Assembly: GCA_046758445.1 (NCBI GenBank)
Contig: JBHIAE010000005.1
Span: forward strand, 40,465-104,464
DNA: 64,000 nucleotides
DNA from: Candidatus Thorarchaeota archaeon
Lineage (GTDB): Archaea; Asgardarchaeota; Thorarchaeia; Thorarchaeales; Thorarchaeaceae
Direction: 5' to 3'
The number at the start of each line of letters is the position of its first letter. Position 1 is the first letter of the stretch. The position numbers were made by a program, and so were the translations under genes. The notes below the pieces were generated by a model. That model was not told where the DNA came from, made no database searches, and saw only the letters and a list, made by a program, of their open reading frames with translations. Positions 18,973 through 29,357 of the stretch are shown here, piece after piece.

Positions 18973-20202
18973 CTACCGCCTATCCCTGACAAGGAGTGGT
19001 AGGATGCCTATGAAGACAACAATCGCGAGAACGGTGCACATCAGATATGGAAGTGATCCGCTTACATCCATGAGCCATCCTCCGACAATTGGACCTAGGA
19101 ACAATCCCACACCCCCCATACTCTCCACAAGTCCAGCATGAGCTCCCTTCTCCACATCCGTTGCGGAAACTATCAGATAGAGTGCACCGAGATAACCGAA
19201 GCCGACTGCGACACCGGATAAGGACATTGCAAGGACATAGACTAGCATGTCAACAAACACGTAGAGCAACGAACAGGAGATTGCAGACAGTGCGGCACCT
19301 GTGGCAATGACAGCACCCATCATCCGTTCTGGTAGTCTTGCACAGATGATGAACGTTACAGTCCGAACTCCATTCCAAGTCAGTAGAAGCGTTCCCCAGT
19401 CTTCACTCACAAATCCTGGGAAACTCTCAACATAGGATGGAAACAGTACAAGAATGACTGTGGATACAACTCCCCAAAGCATCACTGACAGGTATGAAGC
19501 GATGAACCTGGGGCTTGTCTTGGAAGGTCTTGCGGCCTCTAGCTTAGCTTCCGTAATCTTTGAAGAATCAGTCAGAGCAATAGATTTCCGGCGGTATCCC
19601 TGCAAGAATCCACCGATTATGCCAAGCGAAACTAGCTCGATGGCGATGACGACATAGATGCTCGCCATGGGGCCATAGAAACCCTGTGTGTATGCAATGG
19701 CAATTGGGCTGAATATCATTCCTGCACTCCAGGATGTTGAGAAATTGCCTAGGACCTCACATTCGGCCTCTGGTGTGAGCTCGGCAACCATCCCCTCTAC
19801 TGAGGGGATAATGAAACCGTACACGAATCCCTCAAGAGCTCGAATGAGGATTAGGTAGAGAGGAGAGGAAAAGGGATTCAAATACAAAGTAATGACGCCC
19901 ATGTAAGCAATCGTCGCAATTACGAGAGACCTCTTTCTTCCTACTCTGTCCGAGAAGCGTCCTCCTATCGCAGGAAACAGCATGTAGACGACTCCAAATG
20001 AGCCCATAGTCCAACCTAGCTCGAAGCTCGAGCCCCCAAGTATGTCCGCATACCAAGGTGCGAATATCTCAGGAGTGCCAATTGAGAAAGTTACAAGGAA
20101 TGTGGTCAGGTATGCGACGAGTCTGTTCCTTCTCTTTGCAGCCGCCGGCAGATCTGTTTCGGCAGAATCGTCTAGGCAGAAGGGCTCTTGTAGATGGACC
20201 AT
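18973..20202 (-). CDS. MFS transporter
   Basis: Motif A GRFSDRVGRKR, RALEG, 12 TM; start codon uncertain (20202 or 20235). Confidence 0.9.
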   Translation of the reverse strand: MVHLQEPFCLDDSAETDLPAAAKRRNRLVAYLTTFLVTFSIGTPEIFAPWYADILGGSSFELGWTMGSFGVVYMLFPAIGGRFSDRVGRKRSLVIATIAYMGVITLYLNPFSSPLYLILIRALEGFVYGFIIPSVEGMVAELTPEAECEVLGNFSTSWSAGMIFSPIAIAYTQGFYGPMASIYVVIAIELVSLGIIGGFLQGYRRKSIALTDSSKITEAKLEAARPSKTSPRFIASYLSVMLWGVVSTVILVLFPSYVESFPGFVSEDWGTLLLTWNGVRTVTFIICARLPERMMGAVIATGAALSAISCSLLYVFVDMLVYVLAMSLSGVAVGFGYLGALYLIVSATDVEKGAHAGLVESMGGVGLFLGPIVGGWLMDVSGSLPYLMCTVLAIVVFIGILPLLVRDRR

Positions 20203-20247
20203 TATCTGTTCTCCATGACATGCCTCTCTGTGCACTGAGGTCTCTGT

Positions 20248-21261
20248 CTAGCCCAGCTGCGGGGCAACTTTCTCTCCTATGACCTTGGCTGTTTCTATCG
20301 GGTCCGTACCAGGGACAGGAAACGCCACCGGTGTGTTAGCACCTGCATCAACTATCTCTCGAATCTGCTTGATACAAGATTCCACGTCTCCAACCACACA
20401 GAGTGACTGAACCATCTTGTCGGTTATGAGCTCAGAGAGGAGGTCGTCTTTTCCCTTTTCAACTGCCTGCCTGAAAGCTTCGGTGTCCTCGGCCTTAACA
20501 CCTGCGTGCTCCATAAGTGGCCCACCTGCCTGCGAATGTGGGAGATACAGCTTGGAGAACTCTCGGGTAATATTCAACGCCTTGTCTAGGTCCTCGTCAA
20601 TCACAACAGGGAGGTACGCGACCATCTCGAACTTGTCCAGCTTGCGGCCTGCGACTTGAGCTCCTTTTGCGACTCTCTCCCATGCGAACTTGATATAGCT
20701 GGCAGTTGTGAAGATCGAAGTAATGGCACCGTCCCCAATCTCTCCTGCGAGTTTCAGTCCCATCTTCCCCTCAAATGCTAGGTAGATGGGCACCTCCTTC
20801 CTCACGGGTTCGAAGATGAGCTTCACGTCTTTGCAGGTATAGTACTTGCCATCGTGGGTGACGCTGCCGCCAGTCATGATCTTACGGATAACTTCAATGC
20901 ATTCACGAGTTCTAGATATTGGCTTCTTGTCCCAAAGACCCATCTGATCCATCCAGAACGGGACGCCAGACCCTAGACCAAAGACTGTACGCATGTTGCA
21001 CATCTCGTCAATCGTGGCAAACTCCATTGCAGCAAGTGCAGGATGTCGAGAGTAAGGGTTAATGACACCGAGACCAAGTCGGATCTTATCAGTAGCCATT
21101 GATGCTGCCGCCATGTAGGGTATACCACCTCTGAAGAAGTAGTCCTCAGCGAACCAAACAGAACCAAGACCGGACTCCTGAGTGGTCTTCGCTAAGTCCA
21201 CACCTTCTCTGACCGGAAAGACTCCTGTCATGGCCATTCCAAACTCTTTGTAACCTTTCAC
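20248..21261 (-). CDS. LLM-class (probably F420-dependent, Mer-like) oxidoreductase
   Basis: VWFAEDY, LGLGVINPYSRHP, GLGSG, PIYLA...LAGEIGDG. Confidence 0.88.
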   Translation of the reverse strand: MKGYKEFGMAMTGVFPVREGVDLAKTTQESGLGSVWFAEDYFFRGGIPYMAAASMATDKIRLGLGVINPYSRHPALAAMEFATIDEMCNMRTVFGLGSGVPFWMDQMGLWDKKPISRTRECIEVIRKIMTGGSVTHDGKYYTCKDVKLIFEPVRKEVPIYLAFEGKMGLKLAGEIGDGAITSIFTTASYIKFAWERVAKGAQVAGRKLDKFEMVAYLPVVIDEDLDKALNITREFSKLYLPHSQAGGPLMEHAGVKAEDTEAFRQAVEKGKDDLLSELITDKMVQSLCVVGDVESCIKQIREIVDAGANTPVAFPVPGTDPIETAKVIGEKVAPQLG

Positions 21262-21315
21262 TTGCGTTTCACCATCCTTGCGAATTGGAAGGACAGAGGG
21301 AATGTCTTCCCGCTT

Positions 21316-23235
21316 CTAGGGCAGTTTGCCAATCTTCTCAAGGTAGTCAGCGACGTCCTTGAGTCCCATCTTCTCATACGTTTCCCGGAAGGGCCAGCTA
21401 GTCTTCGGGTCCCATTCATGCAGAGCATAGTATTTGTCTAACATCTCATCAAGCTCTTCTTGCGAGTTCATCTCTCCCTTGAGTGGACCAGACGCGGCGC
21501 CTTCATTCATGAGACGCCATGGGAGATTGTCGTGTTCCCTAGTGGCACCACGAGTCACGTTGAAAGCCTTCTCAAGTGTCACGACCCTTCGCCCAGTGAA
21601 CATGAGCTCATCTGCGGTCATTGATATGCCTGTGGCAGCCTCAAACATACGTGCCATGTTATCTGGGTTGACTCCGTAAGCCGCAGTTGATGTGAACACA
21701 CAGAAACCGAGAGCCTCCGTGATTTCATAGCAGTCTTCATGCCATCGTACAATCTCTGCTCTGTATTCGGTGAAGTGAGGAGAGGCCCACTTCTTGTCAC
21801 CAGTGACCTCCTCAATGACAGCCACAGCCTCTGGACTTGCTCCAAACTCAGCAAAGGTTTCCGTCATCAAGTGATCGTTTCCTCGGGGATTGACAGCAAA
21901 TGCCAGCGCATAGGCCTTCGCAGACCGAGTTTCCACGTTCGACTGTTCAAGACCCTTGGCGTTCATGATTGCCCACTTATAGGAGTCTTGACCAACCTTC
22001 TCAGCTGCAATCTTGAGTCCATCGCCAAGTAGGTTACCCAGCTTGCCTTTGCGCAGGGCCAGGGCCTCAACAGTCTTGAGCGTTTCATCGAGCTTGCCCC
22101 ATCCCAGATCGAGTCCGTCAGTATCATCCTTGCTGAGAACGCCTCTCTCGTAGCTCTCGATAGCCCATTGAGCAACAGTTCCCGCGGTAATTGTGTCCAA
22201 TCCTAGCCGATTGCATAGCTCATTCAGAAGCAGGACTCCCTCGGTGTCGATGATACCAGGACCGTTTCCAAGTGCTCCGAAGGTTTCATACTCTGGACCT
22301 CCGCTTTGAATTCCCTTGTTGGGTCCCTTCTCGATAGTGGAGTACCGATGGCAACCTATGGTACAGCCAAAGCATGCCACCCTTCTCTTGAGGTAGCCCA
22401 ACTCAACCAATGCTTGACCTGTGATTGGATGAACATTCTCAGTGTACCCTGTCTGCCAGTTCTTGCCTGGGAATGCATGTAGCTCGTTCACAGCTGCAAT
22501 TGACCCTGATGTACCGTAGTCATGGAGTCCAATAGCACCACTGTCCGCCCTCAGGAGTTCTCTCTGCTCCTTAGCTACCTCTGCGAACTTCTTGGGGTCT
22601 TTGACTCTGATGGGCTTGGTTCCCTTAACAGAGATCGCTTTCAGCTTCTTCTTGCCCATAACTGCGGCACCGCCACCTCTGCCTGCAGCGTGGTAAAGCG
22701 AACACTGAATGGAAGAGGCTCGAACAAGCTTCTCACCCGCAGGGCCGATATAGAGGCCCTTCGAGTCATTTCCATGCCATTTCTTGAGTAGCATGTCTGT
22801 TTCGACGATGTCCTTACCCCACAGCTCTTTCGCGTCCTTGATTTCGACATGGTCGTCTACGATGTTTATGTAGGATGGCTTGTCGGCGACCCCGTGCACA
22901 ACTAGGTGGTCGTAACCTGCGAACTTCAGCTCTGCACCCCAATGACCACCAGTGTTGCTCTTTAGGTAGAGGCCGGTGGTGCAGCCTACAGTTGTAACCG
23001 ATGTTCTCCCTGAAGCTGGAGCGGTGGTACCTGTTACTGCGCCCGGAGCGAAGATAATGACATTCCTTGGGTCGTCCCATGTTATCTCTGGATCCTTGCA
23101 GTAGTTCCACAGGAGTTTTGCATTGATACCTCTGGAGCCCACGTACATACGTCTCCACTCCTCTGGAATGTACTCCGTCCAGATCTTCTTATTCGAAAGG
23201 TCAACGTGTAGTATCTTGCCTTGATGCCCGTACAT
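21316..23235 (-). CDS. aor: Tungsten-dependent aldehyde:ferredoxin oxidoreductase family
   Basis: ILHVDLS, IGPAGE, AAGRGGGAAVMG, CFGCTIGC, GPEYET, LGLDTI, GFCVF, YYALHEWD. Confidence 0.93.
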   Translation of the reverse strand: MYGHQGKILHVDLSNKKIWTEYIPEEWRRMYVGSRGINAKLLWNYCKDPEITWDDPRNVIIFAPGAVTGTTAPASGRTSVTTVGCTTGLYLKSNTGGHWGAELKFAGYDHLVVHGVADKPSYINIVDDHVEIKDAKELWGKDIVETDMLLKKWHGNDSKGLYIGPAGEKLVRASSIQCSLYHAAGRGGGAAVMGKKKLKAISVKGTKPIRVKDPKKFAEVAKEQRELLRADSGAIGLHDYGTSGSIAAVNELHAFPGKNWQTGYTENVHPITGQALVELGYLKRRVACFGCTIGCHRYSTIEKGPNKGIQSGGPEYETFGALGNGPGIIDTEGVLLLNELCNRLGLDTITAGTVAQWAIESYERGVLSKDDTDGLDLGWGKLDETLKTVEALALRKGKLGNLLGDGLKIAAEKVGQDSYKWAIMNAKGLEQSNVETRSAKAYALAFAVNPRGNDHLMTETFAEFGASPEAVAVIEEVTGDKKWASPHFTEYRAEIVRWHEDCYEITEALGFCVFTSTAAYGVNPDNMARMFEAATGISMTADELMFTGRRVVTLEKAFNVTRGATREHDNLPWRLMNEGAASGPLKGEMNSQEELDEMLDKYYALHEWDPKTSWPFRETYEKMGLKDVADYLEKIGKLP

Positions 23236-23238
23236 TGT

Positions 23239-23730
23239 CTATGCAGCCTCCTTCCTTATGTCGCGATACATAGCCATTCTTGCCGATCGCAACCTCTTCT
23301 TCTGTTTCATCATGTCATCAGTAGCATCCAACCATTGAATTGCGCCTGGCACACAGTGCTTTGCACAATAGGGATCACCTCCGCAGAGGTCACAGATCAG
23401 AACCTTCCCTGTTTCAGGATGCAGTCTAATCCCATTGTAGGGGCATGAATCGACACATGTTCCACAATCATCACAGGTCTCAGCAAGTACTGTGATAACA
23501 CCAGTATTCTCGTCTCTTGACAGAGCCCCCTCTGGACATGCTTCGATGCACGGATGCGCGTCGCATTGCTCGCACAGAAGCTGTATCCCTAGGGCAATGT
23601 CTTCCTTCTTGTAGACCTTGACTCTTCCTCTGTATGGATCGAATAGGTCTTCCTTAGTCAAAGAACAAGATAGAGAACACTGCTTGCAGCCCGTACACTT
23701 TTGCATGTCGACTAACAGCGATTTGGCCAT
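23239..23730 (-). CDS. 4Fe-4S polyferredoxin subunit (AOR partner)
   Basis: Four CxxCxxC...CP-type motifs; directly upstream of aor. Confidence 0.92.
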   Translation of the reverse strand: MAKSLLVDMQKCTGCKQCSLSCSLTKEDLFDPYRGRVKVYKKEDIALGIQLLCEQCDAHPCIEACPEGALSRDENTGVITVLAETCDDCGTCVDSCPYNGIRLHPETGKVLICDLCGGDPYCAKHCVPGAIQWLDATDDMMKQKKRLRSARMAMYRDIRKEAA

Positions 23731-24061
23731 ATTCACCAGCGTCCATCGTTTTGAAAGTTAAACTGCGATAGTACCTCAAGAACCGCCATTTTAATCCTGC
23801 CATTCTCGTTCTGTCCGACTCGACATATCGAATGGCGATGATGAGCTTGGCGGCCACAGACTGGGAAACCCTTCTCAGAAAGGCCGTCTCAGGTCCAAAT
23901 ACTACGACTAGGAGCCATATCATGAAGTGAAGGTCATTGATAGTCGAAAGATACATCTTGCAGGATGTCTATGCATTGGATGGCATGAGCGATTACACTA
24001 GGACGAGATGTAGTTTAAGAAATGCTAGTGCTAGTTTAAGATTCAGAGAGTAGTGACTTGA

Positions 24062-26266
24062 TTGACTACTAGCTCGGTTCAGATGATTCGAGAGGTCATG
24101 AAGGCGAGAGACACTTTAGCAGCAAGTGGTGCAACGCCCACCCTCGCCAATCTCGTCTTGGAGAGGATGTTCTTCGTCAGACTACTCTCGGCTCTAAGAC
24201 TTCTACCTGAGAGGGCCCTGTCAGATGCCATATCAGAAACCAGCCGGTTCAGCCATTTGTTCTCCCTCATAGTAGAAGGAGCCCGGTCGAGGAGTTTCAG
24301 CACTCCAAGACGTAGTGCAATAGCAGGTGGAATTCCAGACCTCCGTCTATTCGTGCCTAAACACGACGGGAACACACCTATTTCTCAATTTGAGCATGAT
24401 ATACTATTGCATTGTGCTGAAACTCTGGACACTATCGACCTCGGGGTAGCAAACGGAAATGCAGCTGTTGACAGGCGTGTCCTTCTCCTTGGCCTTGTCC
24501 ATGAGGCCCTCAAGAATCCCAAGGGAAGAAAGAGGACGGGAGTATTCTATACTCCCTTTGAGTTGGCAAAGACCATATGCACTCTAAGCCTTGAGTCGTA
24601 CTTGGAGGACCGTGAGAAGAGTCAAGCCTTGCCGAATGGTTCAGTCGATGTGATATCACCGGTGCGCGTGCTCGACAACGCTTGTGGAGGAGGAGTCTTC
24701 ATCCTGGCGATGCTTGAGAAGTTGATTTCTCTTTCTTTGCTTCAATCCAAGGACCAGAATCCGTTCTATTCAGTTCTTGACAAGCAGGGAATCGATTCGA
24801 CTGATCCAGCTTCTGTAGCAGCGTTTGCCGTCGAGCATTGCCTGTTCGGAGTGGACCTGGATCGATGTGCGGTGAGTGTGACAGAGGCTCAACTCTGGAC
24901 AACTGTCGCTTGTCTCAGAGGCAAGTTGCTTGAAGGGGTCTGTCGCACGAATCTATTCGTCGGGAACTCCCTGCTTTCACAATGGCCTGATGGAACTGAA
25001 TTCGACATCATTGTGGGAAACCCTCCGTACATGCGATTGTCGGCGCTTGATGCTTCAGATAGAGCAGAGCTGAAGGAAAGGTATGCCACCGCCAGAGAAT
25101 ACAACACTCATGCGATATTCATCCAAGCGTCTCTGAACAGACTCAAGAAAGGCGGTGTCTTGGGTTATCTCATACACAAGAACCTCCTATCTCTTGATAC
25201 CTACGCCGGCCTTAGACAGATGCTGCTCACTGAGAACAGTCTTAGACACGTTTCTGACTGCGGCGCTGGTGTCTTCAGGAGAGCAACGGCAGAAACTAGC
25301 ATTTTGGTTCTCAGAAAGGGGAAACAAGAGGCCAATTCCAGAGTCGCACTTTCGACCTATGATTCAGACCGGGCCGACTGTGTACCAGGTTTGAATATCA
25401 CACTACTACAATACCTGGACTTGGTAAGTCCTTGGAACCACAGGTTTCTGACACGGATCACCAGAAAGGATGTGGATATACTGGACTCATTGAAGACCCT
25501 TCCAAGACTAGAAAGTCTAGCATCAATCAGTAGAGGCATTGAAACGGGAAGCAACAGGAGATTTGTTTCTTCCAGGCCCGATGATGGTAGGAACTGGCAA
25601 CCTGTTGCAAGAGGACGGGACATAGCACATTACCGGGCGGATGTAAGAGTATTTCTGGACTACGACCGAAATCAACTTGCAAAGCCGGGCAGGTCCGGAC
25701 TGAGGGAGATCCCTAAGGTACTCGTTCAACAGAATGCCCGAAACCCAATTGCCTGCTATGATTCGGGAGAGTACCTAGCACTCAACTCAGCAACCTACTT
25801 GGCTGACGCACCAGAGGACGTTCTCAAGTCTCTCTGCCTGCTGATTAACTCTCAACTGGTGGCATGGTTCTTTCGGACAGTAATGACCAACAATGCAAAA
25901 CTGACTGTCAATCTGCTACCCTGCAACCTTGGAGCAATCCCTGTGCCTCGGCTAATTGACACGAAACTGCTAGGAGCTCTGTGTGATGTTTTGACATCGC
26001 TACGTTTGGCGGTAGAGGATTCTCACTATCCCCATGGCGTATTCTCCACATGGTATGAAGTCATCGCCGAAGCCACCGTTCTGGATGCTTATCACGAGCA
26101 TCAGAACCGGACTCGGGCGACAACAGAAGGTGTACGAGCCCTGCTAGACGACTCTCTTGAGATCTCGGAACTCGCAGACCTCAAGCGCAACACGAGCCTA
26201 GTGAAGACGGCCCAGAACACCATCAAAAGGCTGGGTGTTTCTGCACTATTGAAAGGACTCTCTTGA
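24062..26266 (+). CDS. N6-adenine DNA methyltransferase, Eco57I/TaqI-like (gamma class) with C-terminal TRD
   Basis: GVFYTP, motif I LDNACGGGVF, FGVDLD, motif IV IVGNPPY, TaqI-C-like PKVLVQQ...INSQL...IPVP. Confidence 0.88.
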   Translation: MTTSSVQMIREVMKARDTLAASGATPTLANLVLERMFFVRLLSALRLLPERALSDAISETSRFSHLFSLIVEGARSRSFSTPRRSAIAGGIPDLRLFVPKHDGNTPISQFEHDILLHCAETLDTIDLGVANGNAAVDRRVLLLGLVHEALKNPKGRKRTGVFYTPFELAKTICTLSLESYLEDREKSQALPNGSVDVISPVRVLDNACGGGVFILAMLEKLISLSLLQSKDQNPFYSVLDKQGIDSTDPASVAAFAVEHCLFGVDLDRCAVSVTEAQLWTTVACLRGKLLEGVCRTNLFVGNSLLSQWPDGTEFDIIVGNPPYMRLSALDASDRAELKERYATAREYNTHAIFIQASLNRLKKGGVLGYLIHKNLLSLDTYAGLRQMLLTENSLRHVSDCGAGVFRRATAETSILVLRKGKQEANSRVALSTYDSDRADCVPGLNITLLQYLDLVSPWNHRFLTRITRKDVDILDSLKTLPRLESLASISRGIETGSNRRFVSSRPDDGRNWQPVARGRDIAHYRADVRVFLDYDRNQLAKPGRSGLREIPKVLVQQNARNPIACYDSGEYLALNSATYLADAPEDVLKSLCLLINSQLVAWFFRTVMTNNAKLTVNLLPCNLGAIPVPRLIDTKLLGALCDVLTSLRLAVEDSHYPHGVFSTWYEVIAEATVLDAYHEHQNRTRATTEGVRALLDDSLEISELADLKRNTSLVKTAQNTIKRLGVSALLKGLS

Positions 26267-26346
26267 TCATGCAGCCGTGCTACGGGTACAATGGTCCAAC
26301 AAAAACAGAGATAAGACAAGTCTGGGGCCCTCTATGGGAGATTCCA

Positions 26347-26877
26347 GTGACCTCAGAACAAGAACCAAGGATGCATCCAGACGAACTAGAAATCGATGCA
26401 TCAGCCTGGACCAGCAGCGAAGAGATACGTGAATCTCTCCATGTGATGCTGTCACATCATCCTCCATCCATGTATGGCCATTGTCTTCGAGTATCTTTCC
26501 GAGGTCGATCGCTCTATCTCTGTGGTCGCTGCGCTGGCATCTATACGGGGCTTGGCTTGGGACTCGGTTTCCTGTTCTTAGTCGGGTTCAATCGTGACCC
26601 ATCATGGTTCTGGTTCTTTGTATCACTTGCGATTGGGTTCTCAACTGTGGTCGATTGGATCAGTCAGAGACTAACACCTCGGAAGACTACAAACACGATT
26701 CGTGCCGCATCCGGCTTTCTCAGCGGTGCTTCGCTTGCAATGATTCTGTACTTGGCGAACCTGCTCTATATGCTGGTTGCGCTCATAGTAATGGGTACGA
26801 CCATTGGCGGTGTAGGTTTCATCGAGAACCGAAGACGACAGAGGAAGAAGACGACACTGGACGATGATGGCGAGTAG
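26347..26877 (+). CDS. DUF2085 membrane protein
   Basis: SHHP...HC...LCGRCAGIY, DWISQ, TTNTIRAASG; start uncertain. Confidence 0.8.
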   Translation: MTSEQEPRMHPDELEIDASAWTSSEEIRESLHVMLSHHPPSMYGHCLRVSFRGRSLYLCGRCAGIYTGLGLGLGFLFLVGFNRDPSWFWFFVSLAIGFSTVVDWISQRLTPRKTTNTIRAASGFLSGASLAMILYLANLLYMLVALIVMGTTIGGVGFIENRRRQRKKTTLDDDGE

Positions 26878-26940
26878 TGCACTTCTTTTTCTACCAAACC
26901 ATTTTAACGGGGTGACCTCTCACTGCGATTGTGGAAGAGG

Positions 26941-28077
26941 ATGATTCCAATCGCAGAGCCTATCATTAATGGTAAAGAGATATCGGCGGTAAGTGAAGTC
27001 CTTCAGTCGGGTATGCTTGCCGAGGGCAGAGTGTCCCGCGAGTTTGAACGGAAATTTGCAGAGTACACCGGGACCAAGTACGCTACTGTCACAAACAACG
27101 GGACAACTGCCCTGAGTACTGCCTTGGAGGCCATGAACATCCAACCCGGTGACGAGGTCATCACTACCCCCTTCACATTCATCGCTTCCGCCAACACAAT
27201 AGCGATGATTGGGGCTGTTCCTGTCTTTGTCGATGTCAAACTGGATACATACAATATTGATCCTGATTTGATCGAGGCAGCCATCACAGATAGAACAAGA
27301 GCAATCATGCCAGTCCATATCTTCGGCATGCCGTGTGAAATGAATGCCATCGTGGAGATAGCAGAGAAACACAACCTACTAGTAATCGAGGATGCCTGCC
27401 AAGCCCATGGTGCAACTGTAGATGGCAAGATGGTAGGATCAATTGGACATGTTGGCACCTTCTCATTCTATGCGACCAAGAACCTAATGACTGGTGAGGG
27501 TGGCATGATCACCACTAATGATGAAGAGCTATTGGATCGTTGTCTAATGATTAAGAACCACGGTAGAGGTCCTGAGGGAGGATATACCCACTACAGAATC
27601 GGCTATAACAACCGAATGTTGGATTTCGTTGCCGCGATCGGCTCAGTACAACTTGGGCGCATGGGTGAAGTTGTCATGCGTCGCAGAGAGAATGCAAAAC
27701 TGTATGATGAGTTCTTTGCAGAGTTTGACCAGGCAAGTCCTCAAGTTACACTCGACGGAATGAAATCCGCTTACCATGTCTATGCGCCTCGACTCTGCAC
27801 AGAAGCTATCCAGAGAGATCAGCTGGTTCAGAATCTCAAACAAGAAGGCATTGGGTCCAGACCTGTCTATGCAATTCCATGTCATAGACAAGAAACGTAT
27901 CGAAGAATATCAGATTGGAGATGGGCCAGATTTGTCGATTATCCTGACTACTCATCAATTGGCTTGCCAAACTCAGAGGAGATTGCCGCCCAGCACTTCG
28001 AGATTCCAGTTCATCCCGGTGTCAGCGAGGAAGACATAAGTCACATCGAAGGGACTCTCCGCAAGATGTGGTCGTAG
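26941..28077 (+). CDS. DegT/DnrJ/EryC1/StrS sugar aminotransferase
   Basis: NGTTAL, PFTFIASAN, IEDACQAHG, FSFYATKNLMTGEGG, GYNNRM. Confidence 0.95.
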   Translation: MIPIAEPIINGKEISAVSEVLQSGMLAEGRVSREFERKFAEYTGTKYATVTNNGTTALSTALEAMNIQPGDEVITTPFTFIASANTIAMIGAVPVFVDVKLDTYNIDPDLIEAAITDRTRAIMPVHIFGMPCEMNAIVEIAEKHNLLVIEDACQAHGATVDGKMVGSIGHVGTFSFYATKNLMTGEGGMITTNDEELLDRCLMIKNHGRGPEGGYTHYRIGYNNRMLDFVAAIGSVQLGRMGEVVMRRRENAKLYDEFFAEFDQASPQVTLDGMKSAYHVYAPRLCTEAIQRDQLVQNLKQEGIGSRPVYAIPCHRQETYRRISDWRWARFVDYPDYSSIGLPNSEEIAAQHFEIPVHPGVSEEDISHIEGTLRKMWS

Positions 28078-28194
28078 CCCCTTTACATCTCAATCATCTC
28101 GATCTGATTCTAGAAACATGACTGCAGCAAATACGGCTGAACAAAGGACAAAAGGGGAAGTCTTTGCTGAAGAACTAGTAGGAGCCCAGCTTGC

Positions 28195-29355
28195 ATGAAA
28201 TCCTTTGTCAATGAACCACGTCGCAGAGGCGGAGTAGTCAATGAGATCCGACGGCTCGGTGGAAGACGGCGGAGCGACAAGGACCTGAGTTTTGAGATTG
28301 GCAAAATGCCACGAAGCATATTGAGTGAGATGCTCGTGGTCTGTGGAAGAGTCGGTTCTGAAGCTTCTGCAGCCTACGAAGCTAAGGCGAAGGAGCTAGA
28401 GGCTGATTTCATCTCCGAAACAGGGCGTTCCTGGGTCCTTGCCCTAAAGACTCTTCAGAAGAACTACGATCCTGGTACGCATTCTGGAGTCCTGCTAATA
28501 GGCACAAACAAAGAGCTCCCAGCCACACAGATCTCACATGGAGGTTACTACGGGTTCACTGATTGGTTCATTCAAGATGTTGACGGCGATGGAGCCCCCG
28601 ATACTCCTGTTGGACGTATATTTGGCCCCCCTGAAACGGTTCTTTACCACATGGACCCTATGATAATAGATAGCAATATCGCCGTTGTCTTCGACTCACA
28701 GCCGGGGCGTTCCACGCGACATGTGGAAGGCCTGAAAGAACTAGGATTTGAGGTCGAAGTATTGCGAGAGTTCTCCGAGGAAGACTCTGGATTACTCTCG
28801 GTATGTGAGTTCATCCTTCAATTCTCAGATGGAATGTTTGACATGAGAATCCACGGCACACCGGAGAAGTGGGCATCGCACAACTCAGTCATCCTGGACC
28901 ACACACAGGCCTCTTCAATCAAGTTTGAAGGATATCCTGTTGTCTACTCGGAAGCCTGCAGTACTGCACAAGAGGGGCCGCTATTGAGAGCCTTCCTAGA
29001 TCAAGGGGCCTGCTACATCGGCGCCACTCTGGATACGATGAACAACCTGGAGCCCTTTGACGACTGGCGAGAGTGTGCATATGCAGACGGGTGGAAATTC
29101 GGGTTCTTGGATCTCCTTGACACACATGAATTGATAGGAACGGTGAAGATAGGCGTGGACAGAGCCATCTACGACAATCTGGCTGATAGCGTAAAGAGAG
29201 AACTAGAGGATGTCAGATCTGGAGAGAACGTTGAGATTGCCACAGACAATGCTCTTTCTGCGGCTGAATGGGTCATCTTTGGCAATCCCTTGCGAAGAAC
29301 AACGGTTGGTCCCCAAGCAGACTTCACGCCTGGCAAGTTGCTTGTTGACACCTGA
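28195..29355 (+). CDS. C25 (gingipain/caspase-fold) cysteine peptidase-like protein
   Basis: VLLIG...LP, TDW..DVDGDGAPDTPVGRI, IHG, YSEACSTA, GACYIGAT, terminal IFGNP. The true start may be near 28306. Confidence 0.65.
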   Translation: MKSFVNEPRRRGGVVNEIRRLGGRRRSDKDLSFEIGKMPRSILSEMLVVCGRVGSEASAAYEAKAKELEADFISETGRSWVLALKTLQKNYDPGTHSGVLLIGTNKELPATQISHGGYYGFTDWFIQDVDGDGAPDTPVGRIFGPPETVLYHMDPMIIDSNIAVVFDSQPGRSTRHVEGLKELGFEVEVLREFSEEDSGLLSVCEFILQFSDGMFDMRIHGTPEKWASHNSVILDHTQASSIKFEGYPVVYSEACSTAQEGPLLRAFLDQGACYIGATLDTMNNLEPFDDWRECAYADGWKFGFLDLLDTHELIGTVKIGVDRAIYDNLADSVKRELEDVRSGENVEIATDNALSAAEWVIFGNPLRRTTVGPQADFTPGKLLVDT

Positions 29356-29357
29356 TG

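Noticed and set aside
23654-23956. 100-aa minus-strand ORF upstream of the ferredoxin gene
   Set aside because: Overlaps the ferredoxin gene and its promoter; no motif.
9107-26266. Mrr-like gene plus methyltransferase as a defence island
   Set aside because: 15 kb apart, separated by metabolic genes, with no other defence or mobility genes.
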